DNA of 38,086 nucleotides, taken from positions 1-38,086 of IMG/VR virus record IMGVR_UViG_3300023238_000018; one strand, given 5' to 3'. The notes beneath the pieces were generated by a model that had not been told where the DNA came from, ran no database searches, and was given only the letters and a program-made list of their open reading frames with translations. Positions 28,607 to 37,324 of this stretch are shown here, piece after piece. Origin of the DNA: a virus. Lineage: Duplodnaviria > Caudoviricetes. Numbering within the stretch: position 1 is the first letter of the stretch; each line of letters starts with the position of its first letter. The position numbers and the translations under genes are program-made.

Positions 28607-28638
28607 CCACTAAGATCGGATCCGCCCTCCAATGTAAA
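28607..28638 (-). promoter_or_regulatory. Putative promoter for the tRNA/ncRNA unit (TTTACA-N19-TTAGTGG)
   Basis: Same spacing and 7-mer as upstream of the capsid gene; also lies just after a terminator. Confidence 0.45.
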
Positions 28639-28642
28639 CACC

Positions 28643-28674
28643 AAAAAGCCCCAGCCAATGAAGGCCGGGGCTTT
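28643..28674 (-). terminator. Rho-independent terminator
   Basis: Minus strand AAAGCCCCGGCC-ttcatt-GGCTGGGGCTTTTT. Confidence 0.75.
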
Positions 28675-28783
28675 AAGGAAAAACGATCACTGTATGCGAT
28701 AACGCCCCAATTTCTGGGGCCGGCTGCCACCGTCTGCAAGCTAAAATGCAGGTGAGTTTACCACTGTCAGAACACTTTCTTCA

Positions 28784-28810
28784 TATAGCAGTGATTTAAT
28801 TATTGCTATA
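28784..28810. promoter_or_regulatory. Operator-like inverted repeat in the divergent control region
   Basis: TATAGCAgTgAT-tta-ATtAtTGCTATA (10/12 arm match), AT-rich, between the two arms. Confidence 0.5.
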
Positions 28811-28894
28811 CCGCAGCAGGTATGATCCAGATGGAGGCCACGTCAGTCACTGCTTCGCTCACAACGAGGCTTCACCTCCCAAATAACTCAGACC

Positions 28895-29287
28895 ATGAAG
28901 TCCTTCAAGATTCTTTCCCGCCACCCCACCCTCGCCGCCGCTGTTGCAGCTGCTGGCATCGATCTCTCATACAATGAGCCTGAAGCCCGCCGCGAAATCG
29001 CCACCACCGACAAGCAGGTGCTGGAGGCCTTCATCGTCGAGAAGTATGGCGAACCTATTGTCCTGTATGTCTACGACTGCGACATCCGCCTTTTGAACAC
29101 GTTCACCCCGTTTTCCAGTTGCCTGTCCGGCAGTGACTTTGGGGTGGCTGCACTGAGCACGGACGGCACCGAGATCGTTGCCACCGAGGCTTCAGTTCGA
29201 TACAGCCGCAACTGCATTTATCGCGTCCAATCAACCCAATGCATTTCCAAGATTGGTGCGATCTGGGCCACCAAAGATTTCTGCTAA
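28895..29287 (+). CDS. Hypothetical early protein
   Basis: First ORF of the plus arm, ATG after an A/C-rich leader. Confidence 0.75.
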   Translation: MKSFKILSRHPTLAAAVAAAGIDLSYNEPEARREIATTDKQVLEAFIVEKYGEPIVLYVYDCDIRLLNTFTPFSSCLSGSDFGVAALSTDGTEIVATEASVRYSRNCIYRVQSTQCISKIGAIWATKDFC

Positions 29288-29369
29288 CCCTCCCACCTGC
29301 CTGACCCCTGCCCTGACCCTAGCCCGGTCGGGGGTTTCGGGTGCCCGCTTCTGGGCATCCCTTAATCTT

Positions 29370-29621
29370 ATGAAACAATCCCCCACCATCATCCACGCAT
29401 GCCAAGTGCTGCGCTCTCGCGTTGCCTACAAGACGGCAGGTCTTCGGCTCAAAAAATCGTCCCTCATGAACACCGAACGCGACACCAAGGCCATCCAGCA
29501 GGCCACCGAGCGTTACCGCAATTCGTGGATCGATCCGATCATCGATGCCATCGAGACGGGTGACCTGAAGATGCTCAAGGATCTCACGGAACTCGAATCT
29601 GGAACCCACATCGAGTCATGA
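29370..29621 (+). CDS. Hypothetical protein
   Basis: Start adjusted to ATG 29370 (MKQSPTII); ATGA overlap with the next gene. Confidence 0.7.
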   Translation: MKQSPTIIHACQVLRSRVAYKTAGLRLKKSSLMNTERDTKAIQQATERYRNSWIDPIIDAIETGDLKMLKDLTELESGTHIES

Positions 29622-30016
29622 GCCAAGTCATCCCAGCCCGCCACGAACTGGTGCTGATGTTCCCACCCTCCTCGTCGTGGGACAGCGTCCCCTACCCGAT
29701 GAAACGCTACAGGGGCGCACTCACCACCATCGCGGACATCCCCTTTGGATCAATGCAGAAGGCGCGAATAGTCCACCTCTGCGTTCGCCGCAACATGGAG
29801 GCAGCGATCCACGACGGAGCTGGGAACAGGGCAGCCCGCCGGGAGGTGATCATCATCACCGATCAGCTCCAGCGCATCCGCCTCGCAAGAGGCTACCATG
29901 CCACCCTTAGCGCCGTCACCTACTGGGCAGACACACCTCGCCCCACACCTCAATCTGCCCGCCCTCTCCTCATTAACCCACATGGAGACATCGAGTCTTC
30001 AGAACCCTCCCTGTAA
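29618..30016 (+). CDS. Hypothetical protein
   Basis: Translationally coupled ORF. Confidence 0.65.
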   Translation: MSQVIPARHELVLMFPPSSSWDSVPYPMKRYRGALTTIADIPFGSMQKARIVHLCVRRNMEAAIHDGAGNRAARREVIIITDQLQRIRLARGYHATLSAVTYWADTPRPTPQSARPLLINPHGDIESSEPSL

Positions 30017-30023
30017 TATCATT

Positions 30024-30884
30024 ATGACTACATCATCCCCCACCATCATCGTGTCCGCTTTGGATGCGATCACTACCACTGCCACTGAGGCAGCTATTTC
30101 CCGACGTGACGAGTTGCTTGCAACCTGCTCACGTGGACGAAGTGTGCCGACTGCCGAGTCTGCTACCAAGGCCACCGAGGTTCTGCGGGAAGTCACCACT
30201 TTCACGCGCACCATCGAAGCTGCCCGCAGGGATGCCAAAGCGCCGGTCCTAGCTCTGGGCAAGCGCATCGACGCCGTGGCCGCAGATCTGACCGCTGAGC
30301 TCACGGCTGAGTTGGGCCGTATCAATTCGCTAGTGAGCGAGTTCAATGTCACTGAGCAGCGCCGGGCTGCTGAAGAGCGCCGGAAGGCTGCTGAAGAGCA
30401 AGATCGCATCTACCGTGAAGCTGAGCAGAAACGCTTGGACGAAGCTGAAGCTGCCCGTGCTGTTGAGGCTGCTGCCAAGGCCAAGCAGGATGAGTTGGCG
30501 CTGAAGGCATCCCGGGCCAAGTCTGAGGAGCGCCGGGCTGTGCTGGAAGCGCAAGCTGCCAAGGCCAAGGCCAAAGCTGAGGCTGATGCCGTGATCGAGG
30601 CTAAGCGCATCAAGGCTGAGAAGGATCGCGAGGCGCAGGAAATGGCCGCAACCCATGTTGCCGTCGCCATGGCCCAGCCCGTGAAGGCAGCCGGCACCGC
30701 TCTGCGGATGGAGACCAAGTTCGAGATCACCGACATCTACGCATTGTTCGATGCAGTCCCCGGCATGGTCATCCTCACCCCCAACAAGGCCGCGATCAAA
30801 GCCCAGATCAAGACCCTGCCTGAGGGTGCTTCCCTCCCCGGGGTCAAGCACTGGCAGGAGGCTAAAACCACCATCCGCTCGTAA
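30024..30884 (+). CDS. Coiled-coil protein of the recombination module
   Basis: IE..R...KAP.L..GK.ID, long A/E/K/R helix, C-terminal F.I.D...PN..AIK...LPGV. Confidence 0.75.
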   Translation: MTTSSPTIIVSALDAITTTATEAAISRRDELLATCSRGRSVPTAESATKATEVLREVTTFTRTIEAARRDAKAPVLALGKRIDAVAADLTAELTAELGRINSLVSEFNVTEQRRAAEERRKAAEEQDRIYREAEQKRLDEAEAARAVEAAAKAKQDELALKASRAKSEERRAVLEAQAAKAKAKAEADAVIEAKRIKAEKDREAQEMAATHVAVAMAQPVKAAGTALRMETKFEITDIYALFDAVPGMVILTPNKAAIKAQIKTLPEGASLPGVKHWQEAKTTIRS

Positions 30885-31054
30885 TGAAATACGCACTACG
30901 CTCCATTTGGATCCGCTACAATATCACGATGAGCCATGCGGCCAAATTCCTCTCCGACTCTCTCGGTGCCACTGCCTCTGCGCATTGGAATCGTGCTCAG
31001 AAATCAACTGTCGCTTCTCTCAATGAGACGCGAGTAAACCTCGAAATACGCTAA
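30884..31054 (+). CDS. Small hypothetical protein (56 aa)
   Basis: Not in the track; TAATG overlaps at both ends; MKYALRSIWIRYNITMSH...NLEIR. Confidence 0.6.
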   Translation: MKYALRSIWIRYNITMSHAAKFLSDSLGATASAHWNRAQKSTVASLNETRVNLEIR

Positions 31055-31461
31055 TGAAGAATCACACCCACAACCTCAAAACTCCTGCCGGCCATATCCG
31101 GCTCGATGTGCGCCAGTTCGTTGGCCAGCGCACGATACCCAAGGAGCACGTGACCAACATGACCAACTCCGAACTGATCGCTGAGATCAAAGACGAGACG
31201 GGTGATCTGGTTATCCAGAACATCCTGCGCGTGCCCGGCAAAGAGTTCGACAGCAAGGTCGTCTCCTACGGCACCACGTGGTGGGACGCTTGGAAGATTG
31301 CCCACCCCCGGCTCGCTAAGCTGTTCCGCATGGAGCGTCCTCGCGTGACCGTGGCCTCCATCACTGCCAACTCCTTCTACCCATCCCTGCGCGTGCCCAA
31401 TCACAAGGCATTCGTGCAGGTAACGCTAGGTAAGCGCACGGGGACTCTCGATGACTACTAA
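31054..31461 (+). CDS. Hypothetical protein
   Basis: Coupled ORF with typical codon usage. Confidence 0.7.
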   Translation: MKNHTHNLKTPAGHIRLDVRQFVGQRTIPKEHVTNMTNSELIAEIKDETGDLVIQNILRVPGKEFDSKVVSYGTTWWDAWKIAHPRLAKLFRMERPRVTVASITANSFYPSLRVPNHKAFVQVTLGKRTGTLDDY

Positions 31462-31696
31462 GGGAAAACCACATCACAATCAGAAGGGCACGGCACCCCG
31501 GGTCCGGCTGGGTGGTGGTCCGTTCATCGACGTCCGCACCATGGCCAAGTTGAAGGCATGGCGCAAAAACGGAGCATCCTTTGGCGAGATCATCGACCGT
31601 CTAACAACTCTCGCGTGCGATCATGGATTCGATCCAGCAACCCTCGCGTATAACAAGAAAACCAAAAGCAAAGTCCCCAGCACTGCTAAGCAGTAA
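31451..31696 (+). CDS. Small basic DNA-binding protein, ribbon-helix-helix-like
   Basis: FIDVRTMAKLKAW...SFGEIIDRL strand-helix-helix pattern. Confidence 0.55.
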   Translation: MTTKGKPHHNQKGTAPRVRLGGGPFIDVRTMAKLKAWRKNGASFGEIIDRLTTLACDHGFDPATLAYNKKTKSKVPSTAKQ

Positions 31697-31771
31697 CCGG
31701 GGACAATCACGTCGGTCCCAAATAAAAGACCGAGGTGAGTCATCCATAACGTCAGTTAAAATACAATCAAA

Positions 31772-32506
31772 ATGAGTTCAGCAATTATCACTATCACCCA
31801 AATCCTTGCGCTGGTCCCCGGCCCTAAGGGCAAGGCAACTTGGATCAACGAGGAGTTCGACGCTCTCGTCTCCTTCGTCAAGCAGGACGACAAGAAGGCG
31901 GACATCATCCTCCACGACACCAATCAGCCTCAGATCCAGATCGCGGCTACCGTCTGGGGTCGCAACTGCCAGAGCTACCACGGCACGGTCTGCCACCTCA
32001 GCGGCGCTGGCATGTCCCGCACTGAGTTCAAGCAGACCCCTCAGGTCAGCATCGGCGAGAAAGCCGTGATCCAAGTTCTGGGGAATGCCCCGAACGGGAT
32101 GGCGGCACCTGCACCTTCACCACAGACGGCACCCGCTGCCTACGTGCCTCCTGTCGCTCCTGCGCCACGCACCCACGCACCCAAGCCCATCCACGGTGCT
32201 ACGGTGGGGATGGCCATCAATCAGGCCTGTGGCTTGATCAAGGTCACGCTGGGTGGCATGTCGGACACCTCTGCATTCGGCTACCTTCAGTCGTCGGCCT
32301 TCTCGAAGGACATGCATGGGCTGGCCAGTGACATCCTGCGGGTGTCAATGCACCTTGAGGCTGGTAACCTTGCCCCGAGTGCGAAGGTTCGGGAAACGGC
32401 TCCTGCTCCTGCTCCGGCTCCTGCTCCTGCTCCTGCTCCCTATCTACAGGATCCGAAGCCCGCATTCCCGGTAGATGACAACCTCGACGAAGACGTCCCA
32501 TTCTAG
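31772..32506 (+). CDS. Single-stranded DNA-binding protein-like
   Basis: OB-like beta N-terminus, Pro/Ala linkers, acidic tail DEDVPF. Confidence 0.75.
   Translation: MSSAIITITQILALVPGPKGKATWINEEFDALVSFVKQDDKKADIILHDTNQPQIQIAATVWGRNCQSYHGTVCHLSGAGMSRTEFKQTPQVSIGEKAVIQVLGNAPNGMAAPAPSPQTAPAAYVPPVAPAPRTHAPKPIHGATVGMAINQACGLIKVTLGGMSDTSAFGYLQSSAFSKDMHGLASDILRVSMHLEAGNLAPSAKVRETAPAPAPAPAPAPAPYLQDPKPAFPVDDNLDEDVPF
32399..32440 (+). repeat. (GCTCCN)x7 coding tandem repeat (Ala-Pro linker)
   Basis: Read directly from the sequence. Confidence 0.9.
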
Positions 32507-32507
32507 T

Positions 32508-33341
32508 ATGAACGACTCATCACATTGGTATGATCGTGAGGGCAACCCCTGTCATACCCAAGCCACCAAGAAGGGGGCCAAGAATCCTACCCGGGCCACC
32601 ACCGTCCGTGACGCACGGAAACTGGACCTGTTGGGATCCACCAGCGGCATGCTCGACGTGCTCAGCAAGGACGCTCTGATCCGCTGGAAGCTTGAGCAGG
32701 TCACGAAAGCGTGCTTCGCCGACGGTCATATCTCCTCCTCATACGTCTACCTGACGCCCGAGCAATACCACGAAAAAATGGTCGATCAGGCCTTCACCAA
32801 GGTGGAGCAGGCAGCTGATGCTGGGACTCTCATTCATGCCGCGCTGGACTTAGCATTCCAAGGCGCTGAGTGGGATCACGATCAGCAGGTCTTCCTGCCT
32901 GAAACTGGATCGGTCGAACCCATGAGCACATTTATCCTGCCCACCCTCGGATGGCTCACTGCCAACGAGGTCGTGGCCACCGGATACGAGCAGGTCGTGG
33001 TCAACGACAAGGAAGGCTACGCTGGCACAGCTGACCTGCCCTACACCCGGCGCAGTGCAGTGGGTGTAGGTGACTACAAGACCCGCAAGACCAAGGTCGG
33101 AATGCCCGTGAAGGCCTACGACACGCAAGCGATGCAGATCGCCTCCTACCTCGCAGGATTGAATGACAATGTCATCCCAGAGGGTGCCGAGGGGTTCAAC
33201 TTGTTCATCTCCACCACCGAACCGGGCCGTATCGAGGCAGTCTGGTATAACCAATCTGAACTCCAGAAAGCATGGGAGGCATTCAAGGCCTGCTGTGCAA
33301 TCTGGCGCTTCCAGAAAAACTACGATCCTCGGATCACTTAA
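32508..33341 (+). CDS. PD-(D/E)XK exonuclease (RecB/Cas4-like phage family)
   Basis: HWYD, GT.IH, E..V....YAGTADL, DYKT, QIASY motifs. Confidence 0.88.
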   Translation: MNDSSHWYDREGNPCHTQATKKGAKNPTRATTVRDARKLDLLGSTSGMLDVLSKDALIRWKLEQVTKACFADGHISSSYVYLTPEQYHEKMVDQAFTKVEQAADAGTLIHAALDLAFQGAEWDHDQQVFLPETGSVEPMSTFILPTLGWLTANEVVATGYEQVVVNDKEGYAGTADLPYTRRSAVGVGDYKTRKTKVGMPVKAYDTQAMQIASYLAGLNDNVIPEGAEGFNLFISTTEPGRIEAVWYNQSELQKAWEAFKACCAIWRFQKNYDPRIT

Positions 33342-33373
33342 TCCCCCGCACAGGCGGAACAACAACCCATAAA

Positions 33374-33988
33374 ATGAAGATCCTAAAAGTAATCCGTGAT
33401 AATAATTTCGTGCAAATCAAGCACGAGGTTCAAGGCTATCAAGCCGTCGAAGAACGCGACATCAAAGCGCATGAGGCTCCCCTCAAATCGTTTGACGATG
33501 CACTACAGGCACTCGCCCCTGTCGTCGTCAAATTGCTGGAGTATCCACCATCCAGCAGCTCAACCATCGTGATCAAAAGCATCTCGGTGTCCCACACCAC
33601 CAAGGGCACTCGCTCCGTGGGCATCAGCTTCCGAAAGAAGCTCAACGCAACTGGCAACTATCACCCCATGAGCACCCCAATGGTGCAGTTCGATGACGCA
33701 GCTGAAGGAGAGGGCAACCGCAAGGAAGTCCACGCATCCCATGCGGCACTGATCGACCTGTCTATCGCTGAGGCCATCCGGTATTCCGAGGGTGAGCGTC
33801 AGCAGGCCTTGCTACCTCTCGACGATGTCGGAAGTCCGGTCTCGCCAGCTGATGGGGACGAGCTGCGTTACGATACCGCCCCTGCCGGCGATGATGGAGA
33901 GGACAACGTCGAGAAGTTCCCTCCTGCCAAGAAGAAGGCACCTGCCAAGAAGAAGGCACCTGCCAAGAAGACCATCGCTAAAGCCTAA
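33374..33988 (+). CDS. Hypothetical protein with acidic stretch and histone-like PAKK tail
   Basis: Start ATG 33374; the 18-bp unit CCTGCCAAGAAGAAGGCA is repeated at 33923-33970. Confidence 0.75.
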   Translation: MKILKVIRDNNFVQIKHEVQGYQAVEERDIKAHEAPLKSFDDALQALAPVVVKLLEYPPSSSSTIVIKSISVSHTTKGTRSVGISFRKKLNATGNYHPMSTPMVQFDDAAEGEGNRKEVHASHAALIDLSIAEAIRYSEGERQQALLPLDDVGSPVSPADGDELRYDTAPAGDDGEDNVEKFPPAKKKAPAKKKAPAKKTIAKA

Positions 33989-34001
33989 CCCTTAAACGCT
34001 C

Positions 34002-34033
34002 CCCGGGTGCGTCAACCCGGGCCTTTTTCTTTT
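34002..34033 (+). terminator. Rho-independent terminator
   Basis: CCCGGGT-gcgtca-ACCCGGG then CCTTTTTCTTTT. Confidence 0.7.
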
Positions 34034-34402
34034 ATGTCTACTACCCACCTCCCAATCGAACGCCGTCTCTTCATTTCCCAAGCTAGTGGATGGAGTGACT
34101 TCAGGCAAATCGGTGATCGCCTCTTTGGCGTCCCCCCCGGTCATGTCCCGCTTAACGAGTGCGACAAGTTCCGACTCGTCCCAGACTACGACGTGGATCT
34201 CGATGCCTGCCATGCGGCCGAGAACCTGATGAAGGAGTCCCTCGGTGATGCCTACGCTATCACCCTGCGGATGGTTATCCGTGAGCGTTACCGGAAGGTG
34301 AACAAACCCCATTCGAGCGTCCCAGCATGGCGCAACTACAGCGCCACCGCTTCTGAGCGGACCGAAGCAATCTGCCGCCACCTCCAACCCAACCCCCAGT
34401 AA
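34034..34402 (+). CDS. Hypothetical protein
   Basis: Start ATG 34034; PDY..DLDACH.AE and ATA.ER.EA motifs. Confidence 0.7.
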   Translation: MSTTHLPIERRLFISQASGWSDFRQIGDRLFGVPPGHVPLNECDKFRLVPDYDVDLDACHAAENLMKESLGDAYAITLRMVIRERYRKVNKPHSSVPAWRNYSATASERTEAICRHLQPNPQ

Positions 34403-34407
34403 TCATC

Positions 34408-34806
34408 ATGTCCCAGACCCTAGGCCAGTTCGTCGAGTCGGCCATCTTCGACGCCAAGAAAGCGGGCAAGCAATTCCCCCGGGGAGTGTTCGCCCTTGAA
34501 GTAGACAAGCTCCATGCCGCTTGGCTGGTTCAGGACCAGTTCAAACTCGAGGAGGATTGGCCCAAGAATAAGTTCCCCCCCCCGCACGAAGCAGTGACGC
34601 AATACGCGCAGAGCATTGGCTACCCGCTCGACGGTCGATCATTCTGCGACTCCTACGGTCAAAAGGGCTGGTTAGTTGGCAAGGCCAAGATGAAGGACTG
34701 GCAAGCCGCCGTGCGTAATTGGAAATCAAACACGTGGGGCGTGCTCATCACTGCCTCCAGAGCTGCCGACAACAACAACCAAGCCCGCGACTACACCCAA
34801 GTATGA
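34408..34806 (+). CDS. Replication-initiator-like protein (C-terminal domain)
   Basis: FPPP.E.V..Y...D...F.D.Y...GW.VG..KMKDWQAAVRNW; lies upstream of the loader ATPase. Confidence 0.7.
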   Translation: MSQTLGQFVESAIFDAKKAGKQFPRGVFALEVDKLHAAWLVQDQFKLEEDWPKNKFPPPHEAVTQYAQSIGYPLDGRSFCDSYGQKGWLVGKAKMKDWQAAVRNWKSNTWGVLITASRAADNNNQARDYTQV

Positions 34807-35723
34807 CCACCGAAATCACTATCGATCCTGAGGCAGAAGAAAAAGTTCTGGCACTACGAAATCAGCGTGATGCCTTCCGCGAAGCTAAGCCCAACTGCGA
34901 CCGAGTCGTCTTCATCCCGGGTGGTGGCAGCATCCCACACTGTGGAGTCGCTGACATTAACGAGGTTGGCGGACTCAACATGTTCCACTTGGCTGAACTC
35001 CACCGGAACCCTGACCACCCCATGAATGAGGTAATCGACGGGGAGTGCTCGCAGGGATGTGGGACCAAGTTACGGATGTCCCGCTTCTGGATGCCTAAGA
35101 CAGCTTGCGATGAGTGCCGGGCCAAGGCCATCGAGGATGCCATGAACGATGAATGCAGAAAGGAATGGGAGCGTGTATGCCCGAAGCAACTACGTGACAC
35201 CGACTCCAACCACCCGGGCTTCCCTAAGCATATCTATCGCGAGAACATCGGCTACGATGGGAACAGCAGCCTCTTCCTGTTTGGCCCCACAGGGTCAGGG
35301 AAATCACGCTGTGGTTCCCTCCTGATGAAGCGGGCATTGATGAAGCGCAAGACGGTTAACTTTCTATGGCCGGAAGAGCTGAAGGCCTATGCCAAAAGCA
35401 ACAACGAGCGCCTCAAGTTCATCCGCGAATACGGATCAACCAATGTGCTGCTCATGGATGATGCGCTGCTGACTGGCGCTCAGGACGAACGCATCGCTGA
35501 CTTTTTGAAAGACCTCATCGACTTCATGCAGCGCCACGGAAACCAGATGATCATCACCAGCCAGATCGGTGGCGAAGATTACGAAGAGCAGGCCAACAAA
35601 TTCGGCAACATCACCAAGACCGACCGGGAGCGCATCGATGCCCTGATGCGCCGGATCCGTGAATCATTTAAGGTCATCCCCTTCGTCGCCTCATCTGCAC
35701 CTGAAAACAAGGAGATGTTCTGA
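34803..35723 (+). CDS. DnaC/IstB-like AAA+ ATPase (helicase loader) with Cys cluster
   Basis: GPTGSGKS, LLMDD, IITSQ, RRIRE; C..C motifs in the N-terminal part. Confidence 0.85.
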   Translation: MTTEITIDPEAEEKVLALRNQRDAFREAKPNCDRVVFIPGGGSIPHCGVADINEVGGLNMFHLAELHRNPDHPMNEVIDGECSQGCGTKLRMSRFWMPKTACDECRAKAIEDAMNDECRKEWERVCPKQLRDTDSNHPGFPKHIYRENIGYDGNSSLFLFGPTGSGKSRCGSLLMKRALMKRKTVNFLWPEELKAYAKSNNERLKFIREYGSTNVLLMDDALLTGAQDERIADFLKDLIDFMQRHGNQMIITSQIGGEDYEEQANKFGNITKTDRERIDALMRRIRESFKVIPFVASSAPENKEMF

Positions 35724-36049
35724 TGAGTAAATCCACCAAAAGCGTGAAGGTCAAAGCGGTGCCGGGTGAGATCCTGCGCTACCAAGTCGAGAGCTGGGGC
35801 CGGGCCGATCTCCACCACATCGTTGACCTCATGGAGCAAGGCGGAAACGGGGAATGCGGTTGCACCGACTTCAGGATGCAATGCACGACCAACTGGAAGG
35901 AGAACGGGGGCGCGTGGGTGCTCTACGGTTTCCCGGGTCACCCTGATCCTAAGCGCACCCAATGCAGGCACATCTACTGCGCCCGCATGAAGTTCACCAA
36001 CGACACTCTCAAGCTCCTGTCCAAACAGCAGGCGCAACCCCAGTCATGA
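35723..36049 (+). CDS. SWIM zinc-finger protein
   Basis: Y.VES...H.VDL...CGC.DF...C.H motif. Confidence 0.75.
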   Translation: MSKSTKSVKVKAVPGEILRYQVESWGRADLHHIVDLMEQGGNGECGCTDFRMQCTTNWKENGGAWVLYGFPGHPDPKRTQCRHIYCARMKFTNDTLKLLSKQQAQPQS

Positions 36050-36303
36050 GCAAAGGTGTCGGTCGGATCTGCTCATTCTACCCTGACCCCAACATGGTCA
36101 AGCAGTGCGTGGTGCAACCCGGCGCTCAGCGCCTCACCGGGGTCGTCACCGAATGCGTCAAGGCTCCTCCTCCTAAAGGATGGAAGCGCCCAGACTTTAC
36201 TCTAACTGTGCGTGGCAAATCCGGTCGCACCGTCACCATCAGCCTCATCGAAAACTACGCCCAGTTCCACGCAACGTGGCCTGCATCATCCCAATCCAAA
36301 TGA
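36046..36303 (+). CDS. Hypothetical protein
   Basis: ATGA overlaps at both ends. Confidence 0.65.
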   Translation: MSKGVGRICSFYPDPNMVKQCVVQPGAQRLTGVVTECVKAPPPKGWKRPDFTLTVRGKSGRTVTISLIENYAQFHATWPASSQSK

Positions 36304-36752
36304 CTACTCCGATCCAAACATTAACCAACGCCGAAATCATCGCAGAGATGTGCCGATTGTTGCGCCTCCTATCCAAGCGGGCCGACGCCGCCATGCCGGT
36401 CCATTCTCCCGATCGCTCCGCGAACAAATTGATCCTTATACAACAGGCGATTTGCGACGTGTTACGCACTCCGATCGCGGTCATGTCATCCCGAGCCCGA
36501 CCTGACAACTACGTCCAAGCACGGCACATCGCGATGTTCCTGAGCCGCGAGCTGACCGAATACTCCATGCAAGATATAGCCAAATCGTTTCGCCCGACAA
36601 TGAACCACTCCACGATCACTCATGGCCACAGAGCGTGCCTCGATCGCATGATGCACGTCAAAGGATTTGAGTCGCTTGTCGATGCCTGCAAACAACGGGC
36701 GCTGAAGCTAATCGACAACGCCGGCCTCCCCCTCTTCCAGCAATCGTTGTGA
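36300..36752 (+). CDS. DnaA C-terminal (domain IV) HTH-like protein
   Basis: S..R....VQARHIAMFLSRELT.YS...IA..F....HSTI.HG. Confidence 0.85.
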   Translation: MTTPIQTLTNAEIIAEMCRLLRLLSKRADAAMPVHSPDRSANKLILIQQAICDVLRTPIAVMSSRARPDNYVQARHIAMFLSRELTEYSMQDIAKSFRPTMNHSTITHGHRACLDRMMHVKGFESLVDACKQRALKLIDNAGLPLFQQSL

Positions 36753-37123
36753 AAAACATTAAATCCCTATTCCCAAATGCCTCCCCTTCCTTCCTCAAAC
36801 TCAACGGTCTTCCGGATGACGTGCCAACACCGAGTCCCAAGCCTAAACGCGCTGTTCGCTCTAAACCATTGGGGGCGACTAAAGTTAAAAAAAGAGATTC
36901 AAGCTTCTATGTTGTCCGGATTAAAAGCTTCCGAGTCCGATTGCTCGACACAGACAACCTCATTCCGAAGTGGCATGTTGATGCCCTCCGCTACGCTGGA
37001 ATCATACCTGATGACTCGCCGGAGCTTGCCGACATCACGACGACACAAGAAAAAGTCGCCACCAAAGCCGAAGAGCGCACCGAAATCGAAATCACGCGAC
37101 ACCTAGAACGCCCGGCACTGTGA
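36749..37123 (+). CDS. RusA-like Holliday junction resolvase (catalytic half; possibly frameshifted)
   Basis: D.DNL..K..VDAL...G.I.DDS motif; the N-terminal PSLN motif lies in the overlapping frame 36777-37106. Confidence 0.75.
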   Translation: MKNIKSLFPNASPSFLKLNGLPDDVPTPSPKPKRAVRSKPLGATKVKKRDSSFYVVRIKSFRVRLLDTDNLIPKWHVDALRYAGIIPDDSPELADITTTQEKVATKAEERTEIEITRHLERPAL

Positions 37124-37317
37124 TCACATGCATCCCAAACGTCAGGCGGCTCTATTGCTCCTTTTTCGGTCATGCAAAGCAGCACGTAATCGACACCTAC
37201 CCATCCCCAACCCAAGTTCCCGCCTATCCCCGGGCCGAAACCGTGAAGGTCTTGTGCCCTCGATGTCGGCTCATCTACATCACCAAAGTGTTCACCCTCC
37301 ATCCCCCATCAAAATAA
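37120..37317 (+). CDS. Small Cys/His protein
   Basis: C.FFGH...CPRC motif; GTGA overlap. Confidence 0.65.
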   Translation: MITCIPNVRRLYCSFFGHAKQHVIDTYPSPTQVPAYPRAETVKVLCPRCRLIYITKVFTLHPPSK

Positions 37318-37324
37318 GAACCAA

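Noticed and set aside
32508-33341. Cas4 / CRISPR adaptation system
   Set aside because: No Fe-S cysteine cluster pattern, cas genes or array; the context is an ordinary SSB-exonuclease recombination module.
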